Positions 1-7,222 of a stretch of DNA of 11,074 bases are shown here, piece by piece. The notes beneath the pieces were generated by a model. The model ran no database searches and was not told the origin of the DNA. It saw only the letters and a program-made list of their open reading frames with translations. Origin of the DNA: Vulcanimicrobiota bacterium (GTDB lineage Bacteria > Vulcanimicrobiota > Vulcanimicrobiia > Vulcanimicrobiales > Vulcanimicrobiaceae). The stretch lies in NCBI GenBank assembly GCA_003135555.1, contig PLCF01000012.1, positions 1 to 11,074 on the forward strand, given 5' to 3'. Every line of letters begins with the position of its first letter. Position 1 is the first letter of the stretch. Made by a program: the position numbers and the translations under genes.

Positions 1-25
1 CCGGCTAACCTATCAGCATGACATT

Positions 26-58
26 GAAGACCCTGGCGGAGGCTGGGGTCTTCTCTTA
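26..58 (+). terminator. Putative intrinsic terminator hairpin of an upstream transcript
   Basis: GAAGACCCTGGC (26-37) pairs with GCTGGGGTCTTC (42-53): 12 bp including two G-U pairs, GGAG loop. Followed by a short pyrimidine tail TCTT; the U-tract is weak. Confidence 0.55.
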
Positions 59-71
59 GAACCAGGCCTTC

Positions 72-497
72 ATGCCCAGTTCGATCGACGTGAAGTACGA
101 GCGTGCGTTCAACGGGACGACGCGTCGCATCTATCAACTCCTGAGCGAGATGGGCACCTCGGGGGATGCGATCTGGCCGTTTCCCTCGCAGCCGTTCATG
201 CGCAGCCCGGGGCCGCTCACACCGGGGACGACCGAGGAGTGGCACGGCCCGATCCATGCAGTGCTGGCCGAGGTCGAGCCCGAGAAGCGGATCGTGTGGA
301 AGATCGACAGCCCGGGCGTCGAGGGCACGCATACATTCGAGTTGGAGCAGCAAGGGCGTCGCGTCGTGCTGCGGCACCGGCTGACGGCGACGCTTTCCGA
401 CACCGACGGGCGCGTGGTGTGGAAGCGTTATGAGGAGCCGCACGAGCGCGCGATCGAAGGGCTCTTCGACAAGCTCGCCCGCGTCTTGAAACGCTAA
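72..497 (+). CDS. SRPBCC (START/polyketide cyclase-like) domain protein, 141 aa
   Basis: Size and pattern fit the helix-grip fold: N-terminal strand then helix (RRIYQLL..W), 'EVEPEKRIVW', 'GTHTFELEQQGRRVVLRH', amphipathic C-terminal helix 'IEGLFDKLARVLK'. GC-rich third codon positions. Confidence 0.7.
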   Translation: MPSSIDVKYERAFNGTTRRIYQLLSEMGTSGDAIWPFPSQPFMRSPGPLTPGTTEEWHGPIHAVLAEVEPEKRIVWKIDSPGVEGTHTFELEQQGRRVVLRHRLTATLSDTDGRVVWKRYEEPHERAIEGLFDKLARVLKR

Positions 498-1346
498 CTA
501 CTGCTCCTCGGCCGCGCCGACGGCGACCGCAACCGAGAGGGAGCCGAATTCCGGGCCGCGGTACAGGCCGCGCGTCGGGCTGACGTCGCCGTAGTCGCGG
601 CCGACCGCGACGAGCACGAAGGCGTCGTCGACGATCCGCTCGTTGGTCGGATCGAACCCCACCCAGCCGTAGGGCGGCAGAAAGGCCTCCGCCCAGGCGT
701 GCGAAGCGTCGGCGCCTAGCGCGGGCGTCGCCCCGCTGAAGATGTAGCCGCTGGCGTAGCGGGCCGGGATGCCGCGGCTGCGGGCCAGCGCGATGAGCAC
801 GTGCGCGAAATCCTGGCAGACGCCGGTGCGGGCCGCGATCACCTCATCGACCGTCGTGCGCACGTCGGTCGTCCCCGAGCGGTATTCGAAGTTGCGGTAG
901 ACGAAGGCGCCCGCCGCAAGGAAGAAGGCGGCGAGGTCCCCGTCGCGCGGAGCGATCGCGTCGGCGAGCGCGACGACGGTGGGCCCCACCGAGACGTACG
1001 GCGTCGGCCGGCGGAAGTCGCGCAGCTCGACGGTGTGCGGATCGGCATCGAGGCGCGCGGCATCGACACCTTGCGGGATCGTGCCGCCGCGCGTCGGCAG
1101 CGTCACCACGTGCGAGCTAGCCACGATGTGCAGCTCGTCGTGTTCGGGGACGATCCCGAAATGTTGCACGTCGTTGCCGAAGCGATCGACGTACGAAAAC
1201 ACACGGGCCCCCGGCCGCACGTCGAGCGCGTAGCGCGTGCAGTACTGCTGAAGGTTGGTCCGCGGCTGCAAGTGGACGACCGTGTAGCTCTCGGTCACCG
1301 CGCGCGGATAGCGGTAGACCGTTTCGTGATCGATGGTATATTCCAC
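498..1346 (-). CDS. Transglutaminase family protein (Bact_transglu_N + transglutaminase core), 282 aa
   Basis: Start re-called to GTG at 1346, 2 nt after the alpha-E stop. N-terminal 'YTIDHETVYRY...LQPR', 'YVDRFGN'. Intact triad motifs GVCQDFAH, SHAWAE, GFDPTN, plus GRDYGDVSP. Confidence 0.92.
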   Translation of the reverse strand: MEYTIDHETVYRYPRAVTESYTVVHLQPRTNLQQYCTRYALDVRPGARVFSYVDRFGNDVQHFGIVPEHDELHIVASSHVVTLPTRGGTIPQGVDAARLDADPHTVELRDFRRPTPYVSVGPTVVALADAIAPRDGDLAAFFLAAGAFVYRNFEYRSGTTDVRTTVDEVIAARTGVCQDFAHVLIALARSRGIPARYASGYIFSGATPALGADASHAWAEAFLPPYGWVGFDPTNERIVDDAFVLVAVGRDYGDVSPTRGLYRGPEFGSLSVAVAVGAAEEQ

Positions 1347-1348
1347 GG

Positions 1349-2320
1349 CTAACCGGCCAGCGCGTCGCTGTGGAGCAGAGCCGGCGCGACGACCGGAACG
1401 CGCGGGAAGTACACGCTCTGGATCGCGGCGATGAGCGACTCGATCGTCGTTAGGATGCGCCGGACGAACGGGTGCAGGCCCTCGGCCACGAGATCGTCGG
1501 CATTCGCGAAGTTGAGGCTCGCGCACAAGCGGCCGGCTTGCTTCTCGGCGTCGTCGCCGTACGACCCACCGGGGCTACCCGAGATCCGATGCAGCGCGGC
1601 CTCGACCTCATTCGCGCAAAAGGCGAGCGAGCGCGGAAAGGTAGCGTTGAAGACGAGGAACGCCGTTGCATCGCGGGCGCTCTGCAGGTGGGTTGCGGCC
1701 TGCGCGAACGGGAAGCTCGCGCTCGACATCTCGAGCATGCGCTGCCACTCCGGCCAGGGGTCGTCGAGCGATTCCGCAGTCGACAGGATGCGCGCCTCGA
1801 GCGAACCGCGTTCGAGGAATCGCCCCAACTGCATGAAGTACCAGCCGTCCTCGCGCAGCAGCGTGGCGGCACTGACCCCCGCGATCGCCTGACAGCGGTC
1901 GCGCACGCGCCGCAGGAAGCGCGACGGGCTGCCCTCGCGGATCGAATCGGCGCTCTCGGCGCGGACGTCGAGGTACAGCTCGTTGATGTGCTCCCATACC
2001 TCGGTCGAGAGCTCGGAGCGCAGGCCGATCGCGTTGCCGCGGGCGGTGCCGATGCACGAGACGATCGACGATGGGTTCTCGGCGTCGAAGACGCAGCGTG
2101 CGAGCGCGTCGGTCGCCGCGCGTGTGCCCAAGCGGACCGCGGCCGGATGGGTAAAGGTCGCGATCGCGATCGCGGTGCGCCACGAGCGCTCGGCCCACGT
2201 ACCGCCGGCATACTGATCCATCGAGCGCGTGTAGGTTACGTCGAGCACGCGTGCGACGGTCTCCGCACGCTCGACGTTGCGGCTGAGCCAGAAGAACGCT
2301 TCGGCGTGCCGGCTAAGCAC
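1349..2320 (-). CDS. Alpha-E domain protein (DUF403), 323 aa
   Basis: 'MLSRHAEAFFWLSRNVERAE', 'LSTEVWEHIN', 'GWYFMQLGRFLER', 'FPRSLAFC', with two ER motifs. GTG start preceded by AGGA, overlapping the ATP-grasp stop by 8 nt. Confidence 0.92.
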   Translation of the reverse strand: MLSRHAEAFFWLSRNVERAETVARVLDVTYTRSMDQYAGGTWAERSWRTAIAIATFTHPAAVRLGTRAATDALARCVFDAENPSSIVSCIGTARGNAIGLRSELSTEVWEHINELYLDVRAESADSIREGSPSRFLRRVRDRCQAIAGVSAATLLREDGWYFMQLGRFLERGSLEARILSTAESLDDPWPEWQRMLEMSSASFPFAQAATHLQSARDATAFLVFNATFPRSLAFCANEVEAALHRISGSPGGSYGDDAEKQAGRLCASLNFANADDLVAEGLHPFVRRILTTIESLIAAIQSVYFPRVPVVAPALLHSDALAG

Positions 2321-3767
2321 GGTTGTCCTGCGCTGCGAGAACCCAGGTGTCCTTGCTCCCGCCGCCCTGCGACGAGTTGACGACGAGCGATCCTTCGCGC
2401 AGCGCGACGCGGGTGAGCGCGGCCGGCGGCACGTCGACCGTCTTGCCGTAGAGGGCGAAGGGCCGCAGATCGATGCGGCGAGGTGCCAGCACGCCGTCGG
2501 CGAGCGTGGGGTGCGACGAGAGCTGGATCACCGGCTGCGCGATGTAGCTGCGCGGGTCAGCATCGATCAGGCGCGCAAATTCGGCGCGCTGCGTTGCGGT
2601 CGAGGCCGGACCGATCAGCATGCCGAAGCCGCCCGAGCCGTTGGTTCGCTTGACCACCAGGCGCTCGAGGTTGTCGATGACGTGCCTGCGCGAGGCGGGA
2701 TCGGAACAGTCCAGCGTCTCGACGTTGTCGAGCAGCGGCTCCTCGCGCAGGTAGAAGCGGATCATCTCGGGGACGAAGCGGTACAGCGCCTTGTCGTCGG
2801 CGATCCCGGTGCCGATGGCATTGGCGAGCCCGACGTTGCCCGCGCGATACGCGTTCATGAAGCCGGCGACGCCCAGGGTCGAGTCGCCGCGGAAGTAGAG
2901 CGGGTCGAGGAAGTCGTCGTCGATGCGCCGGTAGACGACGTCGACGCGCTGCAGACCGCGCGTCGTCCGCAGGTAGACCAAATTGTCGACGACGATGAGG
3001 TCGCGGCCCTCGGCCAGCGGCACGCCCATCGACCGTGCCAGCATGGCGTGCTCGTAGTACGCGGAGTTGTAGATCCCGGGGGTCAGGACGATCACGTTGG
3101 GTTCGCGCGCTCCCGCCGGGGCCGCTTCGCGCAGCGTGCGCAGCAGACGCAGCGGATAGTCGTCGACGGGTTCGATGTGGTAGCCGTCGAAGAGCTGCGG
3201 GAACGTGCGCTTGAGCACGTCGCGGTTTTCGAGGACGTATGAGATCCCCGACGGCGTGCGCACGTTGTCCTCGAGCACGCGCGCAGTGCCGGTCTCGTCG
3301 CGGATGAGGTCGATGCCGCTGACGTGGATGTAGACGTCGTGGAGGACGCGCACGCCGAGCATCTCGCGCGCGAAGAGGTCCGAGGAGTACACGAGCTCGC
3401 GCGGGATGCGCCCCTCGCGCAGGATGCGCGCCTCGTGGTAGACGTCGCAGAGGAAGGCATTGAGCGCGCGCACGCGCTGTTCGACGCCCTTGGCGATGCG
3501 CTGCCACTCGGCGTGCGAGAAGATGCGCGGGATGGGGTCGAACGGGAAGATGCGCTCGGTCCCGGTGGACTCGGCGTAGACGGTGAACGTGACCCCACGC
3601 CGGAGCAGGGCGGCATTGATCGCGCGCACGCCGCTCACCAGCGCGTCAGGTTCGACTGCGGCAAGGGTCTGCGCCAAGCGCACGTAATTGGGCCGCGGCG
3701 TCGTCGCGTCGGCGAAGAATTCGTCGAAGACGTCGCCCACGTCGGGGCGCTGCGCAAGATCCAGCAC
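2313..3767 (-). CDS. Circularly permuted ATP-grasp type 2 protein (DUF404/DUF407), 484 aa
   Basis: Start re-called to GTG at 3767, 7 nt after GGGAGG. Hallmark motifs 'ERIFPFDPIPR', 'VLEDNVRTPSGISYVLENR', 'LTPGIYNSAYYEH', 'RVDVVYRRIDDDFLDPL', 'GTGIADDK', 'GSLVVNSSQGGGSKDTWV'. Confidence 0.95.
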   Translation of the reverse strand: MLDLAQRPDVGDVFDEFFADATTPRPNYVRLAQTLAAVEPDALVSGVRAINAALLRRGVTFTVYAESTGTERIFPFDPIPRIFSHAEWQRIAKGVEQRVRALNAFLCDVYHEARILREGRIPRELVYSSDLFAREMLGVRVLHDVYIHVSGIDLIRDETGTARVLEDNVRTPSGISYVLENRDVLKRTFPQLFDGYHIEPVDDYPLRLLRTLREAAPAGAREPNVIVLTPGIYNSAYYEHAMLARSMGVPLAEGRDLIVVDNLVYLRTTRGLQRVDVVYRRIDDDFLDPLYFRGDSTLGVAGFMNAYRAGNVGLANAIGTGIADDKALYRFVPEMIRFYLREEPLLDNVETLDCSDPASRRHVIDNLERLVVKRTNGSGGFGMLIGPASTATQRAEFARLIDADPRSYIAQPVIQLSSHPTLADGVLAPRRIDLRPFALYGKTVDVPPAALTRVALREGSLVVNSSQGGGSKDTWVLAAQDNRA

Positions 3768-3774
3768 TGTGCTT

Positions 3775-3780
3775 CCTCCC
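3775..3780 (-). promoter_or_regulatory. Shine-Dalgarno of the CP-ATP-grasp gene
   Basis: GGGAGG on the - strand, 7 nt upstream of the GTG at 3767. Confidence 0.8.
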
Positions 3781-3859
3781 TTTCCCCAGCGGGCGCCGGC
3801 CGCACCGTTCGACAGATGGCCAAGGGTGGCCGCGGCAGCGCGCATAACGACCCACCCCG

Positions 3860-4675
3860 ATGACGACGACGTCGCTCCGCGTGCGAGTCGGATGTGAGTT
3901 CGGGTACGAGACGGTCGGTGAGACACCGGCCGTGGTCTTGGTTCGCCCGGAGGGGGTCGGCCATCGAATTCGGACCGAGAACTGGTCGACGCGTCCGAAC
4001 GTGCCGTACCACGACTTTCGCGACCTCCACGGCAACCGCGCTCGCCGCCTCACGCTGCCCGCCGGGCGGACCCTTATGCGCTACGACGCCGAGGTGGATA
4101 TCTCGCCCGACCCCGCTGAGACGAACCTCGCGGCGCGGGAGCGGCCGGTCCAGGAGCTGCCCGACGACGTGCTCGTGTACACCCTGCCGAGCCGCTTCTG
4201 CCCCTCGGACGAGCTCTCCGACGAAGCCTGGCGGCTTTTCGGGGGCGTCGCACCGGGCTGGAACCGGGTGCAGGCGATCTGCGACTACGTCCACGGCGCG
4301 CTGACCTTCGGCTACGGCACCAGCCAACCGCTCACGACCGCTGCGGACGCGCTGCGCGCGCGGGCCGGCGTCTGCCGGGACTACGCTCAGGTCGCGGTCA
4401 CGTTTTGCCGATCCCTCAATATCCCGGCGCGGTACACGTTCGGCTACCTGCCCGACATCGACGTTCCGCCGCCGGACACGCCGATGGACTTCTGCGCCTG
4501 GTTCGAGGCCTATCTGGAGGATCGCTGGTGGACCTTCGATCCGCGCAACAACGCCCGCCGCGTTGGCCACATGGCGATAGCGCGGGGACGCGATGCCATC
4601 GATACTGCGATGGTGACGACATACGGCACCGCCCGGCTGGAGACCATGATCGTGTGGGCCGACCCCATTGACTGA
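3860..4675 (+). CDS. Transglutaminase-like protein (second subfamily), 271 aa
   Basis: 'YTLPSRFCPSD', 'GWNRVQAICDYVH', GVCRDYAQ, 'NIPARYTFGYLPDI', 'PMDFCAWFEAYL', 'WWTFDPRNN', 'ARGRDA'. Confidence 0.9.
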   Translation: MTTTSLRVRVGCEFGYETVGETPAVVLVRPEGVGHRIRTENWSTRPNVPYHDFRDLHGNRARRLTLPAGRTLMRYDAEVDISPDPAETNLAARERPVQELPDDVLVYTLPSRFCPSDELSDEAWRLFGGVAPGWNRVQAICDYVHGALTFGYGTSQPLTTAADALRARAGVCRDYAQVAVTFCRSLNIPARYTFGYLPDIDVPPPDTPMDFCAWFEAYLEDRWWTFDPRNNARRVGHMAIARGRDAIDTAMVTTYGTARLETMIVWADPID

Positions 4676-5513
4676 GGGTCCGATCGTCCGCGCGTCCTAC
4701 CTGCTGCGGCAGCACTTTCGCTACGAGTACCCGGGCCCGATCCGCAAGCTGCGCCATCGGCTGGTGATCGCGCCGCCGGGCGCGTACGGAGACCAAACCC
4801 TGGTCTCGGACCGCCTGGTGATAACCCCCGACGCGGCCGTGCGCTGGGGCGAGGACACGTTCGGCAACGCGGTGGCGCGCATCGCGGCACCGCACATCGA
4901 CGAGGCGATCGAGCTCGACTACGAGGCGGTGGTCGAACGAAGCGCGGGTGCGAAGCCCACGGTCCCCGCGCGCTGGTTCGTCGACCCGCGGTTTCGCGAC
5001 CCCTCGGCCCTCACGCAGCTCGACCGTACGCTGCATCGGGCGGCGCTGCGGCTGGTGCGCGAGGGCGACGATCCGTATGCGCTCGCGACGAGAATCAACG
5101 AGTTCGTGTACGCGCACATGCACTACGTCCCCGACGTCACCAGCGTCGTCACGACCGCGGCGCAGGCGTACACGCTGGGCGTCGGGGTGTGTCAGGACTA
5201 CGCCCACATCATGATCGCGCTCGCACGCGCCTGCGGGCTCGCCGCGCGGTACGTCTCGGGTCACCTCCTGGGCGAAGGCGGCACGCACGCGTGGGTCGAG
5301 ATCGTAGCCGACCCGCGCGGCAGCCGCACTGCGCCCGTGTGGGGCTTCGACCCGACGCACCGCCGGGAGACCACGCTGTCGTACCTGTTCGTCGCGGCCG
5401 GCCGCGACTTCGCGGACGTCACGCCGACCTCGGGCCGATTCCTCGCTCCCTACATCGGTACGTTCACGACCTCGCGCTCGGTCGACATCGTCTCCGCGGA
5501 GTACGTCGCCTAA
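4668..5513 (+). CDS. Transglutaminase family protein (N-terminal domain + core), about 281 aa
   Basis: TTG start overlapping the previous stop by 8 nt; exact start uncertain. 'FRYEYPGPI', 'DTFGN', triad motifs GVCQDYAH, THAWVE, GFDPTH, and GRDFADVTP. Confidence 0.9.
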   Translation: MTEGPIVRASYLLRQHFRYEYPGPIRKLRHRLVIAPPGAYGDQTLVSDRLVITPDAAVRWGEDTFGNAVARIAAPHIDEAIELDYEAVVERSAGAKPTVPARWFVDPRFRDPSALTQLDRTLHRAALRLVREGDDPYALATRINEFVYAHMHYVPDVTSVVTTAAQAYTLGVGVCQDYAHIMIALARACGLAARYVSGHLLGEGGTHAWVEIVADPRGSRTAPVWGFDPTHRRETTLSYLFVAAGRDFADVTPTSGRFLAPYIGTFTTSRSVDIVSAEYVA

Positions 5514-5528
5514 CGCGCTGAACCGGGG

Positions 5529-6752
5529 TCAGCCGAAGGCGCTCTCGCCGGTGATCGCCTGGCCCAGGATCAGCGTGTGGATCTCACTGGTTCCCTCGTA
5601 GGTCAGCACGCTCTCGAGATTATTCATGTGCCGGATCACCGGGTACTCCAGCGTGATTCCGCTGGCCCCGAGGATGGTGCGCGCTTCGCGGCAGATCGCC
5701 AGCGCTTCGCGCACGTTGTTGAGCTTGCCGAAGGAGACGTGCGACGCATGCGCGCGCCCGTCGTCCTTGAGCCGCCCGACGTGCAGCGCGACCAGCAATC
5801 CTTTGTTGATCTCGAGCATCATGTTGACCAGCTTCTCTTGGGTGAGCTGGAACGCCGCGAGCGGCTTGTCGAACTGCACGCGCGTCTTGGCGTACTCGAG
5901 CGCGCTCTCGTAGCAGGCCCGCGCCGCGCCGAGCGAGCCCCACACGATGCCGTAGCGCGCCTCGTTCAAGCACGACAGCGGGCCGCGCAGCCCCGACACG
6001 TTGGGCAGGATCGCGTCGGCGGGGATGCGGCAATCTTCGAAGCTCAGCTCCGAGGTGATCGACGCCCGCAATGAGAGCTTCTTCTCGATGTTGCGCGTGG
6101 TGAAGCCCTTGGTGCCTTTGGGCACGAGGAAGCCGCGCACCGCGCCGCTGCGATGCCCGTCTTGCGGGTCGAGGCGCGCCCAAACGACGGCCACGTCGGC
6201 GATCGAGCCGTTGGTGATCCACGCTTTGGAGCCGTTGAGCACGTAGTCCGAACCGTCGCGACGCGCGACCGTGCGCATCCCGCCGGGATCGCTGCCGAAG
6301 TCCCACTCGGTGAGGCCGAAGCAGCCCAGCGCGTCGCCGGCAGCCATCCGCGGCAGCCAGGTCTCTTTCTGTTCATCCGAGCCATGCGCCCAGATCGCGT
6401 ACATCGCGAGCGACCCCTGCACGCTGACGAACGAGCGGAAACCGGAGTCGCCGGCTTCGAGCTCGAGGCAGGCCAGGCCGTACGCGACCGCGCTGGTCCC
6501 CGCGCAGCCGTAGCCGTGCAGGTGCATCCCCAACAGCCCGAGGTCGCCGAGCTCCTTGGCCATCGCGCGCGGAAAGGTGTGATCCTCGAACCAGTCGGCG
6601 ATGTGCGGCAGCACGCGAGCGCGCACGAACGCGCGCACCGTGTCGCGGATCAAGCGCTCGTCGTCGGTGAGCAGCGCGTCGATCCCGAGGAAGTCGGTCG
6701 GCGAGGGCGCCGGAACGTCGGCGCGCTGCGGGTGGCTCGCGGTCGTGCTCAT
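5529..6752 (-). CDS. gcdH: Acyl-CoA dehydrogenase, glutaryl-CoA dehydrogenase-like, 407 aa
   Basis: Start re-called to ATG at 6752 (ATGA overlap with upstream stop). 'YGLACLELEAGDSGFRSFVSVQGSL', 'GCFGLTE.DFGSDP', 'LNGSKAWITNG', 'LSLRASIT', 'CLNEARYGIVWG', 'RHMNNLESVLTYEGT' are typical of the GCDH subfamily. Substrate is inferred. Confidence 0.85.
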   Translation of the reverse strand: MSTTASHPQRADVPAPSPTDFLGIDALLTDDERLIRDTVRAFVRARVLPHIADWFEDHTFPRAMAKELGDLGLLGMHLHGYGCAGTSAVAYGLACLELEAGDSGFRSFVSVQGSLAMYAIWAHGSDEQKETWLPRMAAGDALGCFGLTEWDFGSDPGGMRTVARRDGSDYVLNGSKAWITNGSIADVAVVWARLDPQDGHRSGAVRGFLVPKGTKGFTTRNIEKKLSLRASITSELSFEDCRIPADAILPNVSGLRGPLSCLNEARYGIVWGSLGAARACYESALEYAKTRVQFDKPLAAFQLTQEKLVNMMLEINKGLLVALHVGRLKDDGRAHASHVSFGKLNNVREALAICREARTILGASGITLEYPVIRHMNNLESVLTYEGTSEIHTLILGQAITGESAFG

Positions 6753-7222
6753 GGAGCATGTTTCGGGGCCCGCGAGGAGCGTTCCCGGATGCCATCGCCG
6801 ATCGGGTTCGTCTCGTAGCCGCCGCGCACGTCGAAGCGGTAGCAGACCGGGCCCGCGGGGTGCGGCGCGAACTCGTAGCGGTCCTGACGGTCGTCCGCGA
6901 GCGCGAACGTGGCGCACAGGCGGAACCGGGTTGCGCTTTCGCGGACGTAGCGGTAGGGTGCGCCGCTGACGGGATCGCGCGTCGCGTCGGATTCGTCGGT
7001 GCGTCGGACGGTCAGCGTGCGCGGGAGCCGCGGGGGGACCGCTTCGTCGTTCGTGTACCGCGCCTGCACCGCATCGGCGAACGCGCGCAGGTCGGCGGTG
7101 CGCCGCCGGTCGAGCGCTTGGGTGCGCATCGTCTGCGGCGAACCGGTGAGCCAGAAGCCGGCGACGACTCCGGCCGCGACCAGCCCGCACGCGAGCGTCG
7201 CGGCGATGCGGTCGGCCGTCAT
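6749..7222 (-). CDS. Small membrane-anchored protein with pilin/pseudopilin-like features; partner of the DUF5671 protein, 157 aa
   Basis: ATG at 7222 overlaps the upstream stop (ATGA). N-terminal hydrophobic helix, 'GSP..MR...LDRRR..DL', 'DPVSGAPYRY', 'FRLCATF', 'HPAGPVCY'. Confidence 0.75.
   Translation of the reverse strand: MTADRIAATLACGLVAAGVVAGFWLTGSPQTMRTQALDRRRTADLRAFADAVQARYTNDEAVPPRLPRTLTVRRTDESDATRDPVSGAPYRYVRESATRFRLCATFALADDRQDRYEFAPHPAGPVCYRFDVRGGYETNPIGDGIRERSSRAPKHAP

Noticed and set aside
1347..1526. N-terminal extension of the 342-aa ORF 498..1526
   Set aside because: Overlaps the alpha-E gene, Arg/Pro-rich junk; family similarity begins at GTG 1346.
801..3863. Long + strand ORFs (801-1352, 1472-2380, 2277-3242, 3324-3863) opposite the ATP-grasp operon
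   Set aside because: Antisense shadows of GC-rich genes; no recognisable motifs, while the - strand genes carry clear family signatures.
3768..3926. N-terminal extension of the 537-aa ATP-grasp ORF, and a possible sigma54 site (TGGC...TGGC) in the intergenic region
   Set aside because: The extension overlaps the divergent TG2 gene and a strong SD marks GTG 3767. The TGGC motifs do not give the required GG-N10-GC spacing on either strand.
3635..5360. - strand ORFs 3635..4570 and 4416..5360
   Set aside because: Shadow frames of the two + strand transglutaminase genes.
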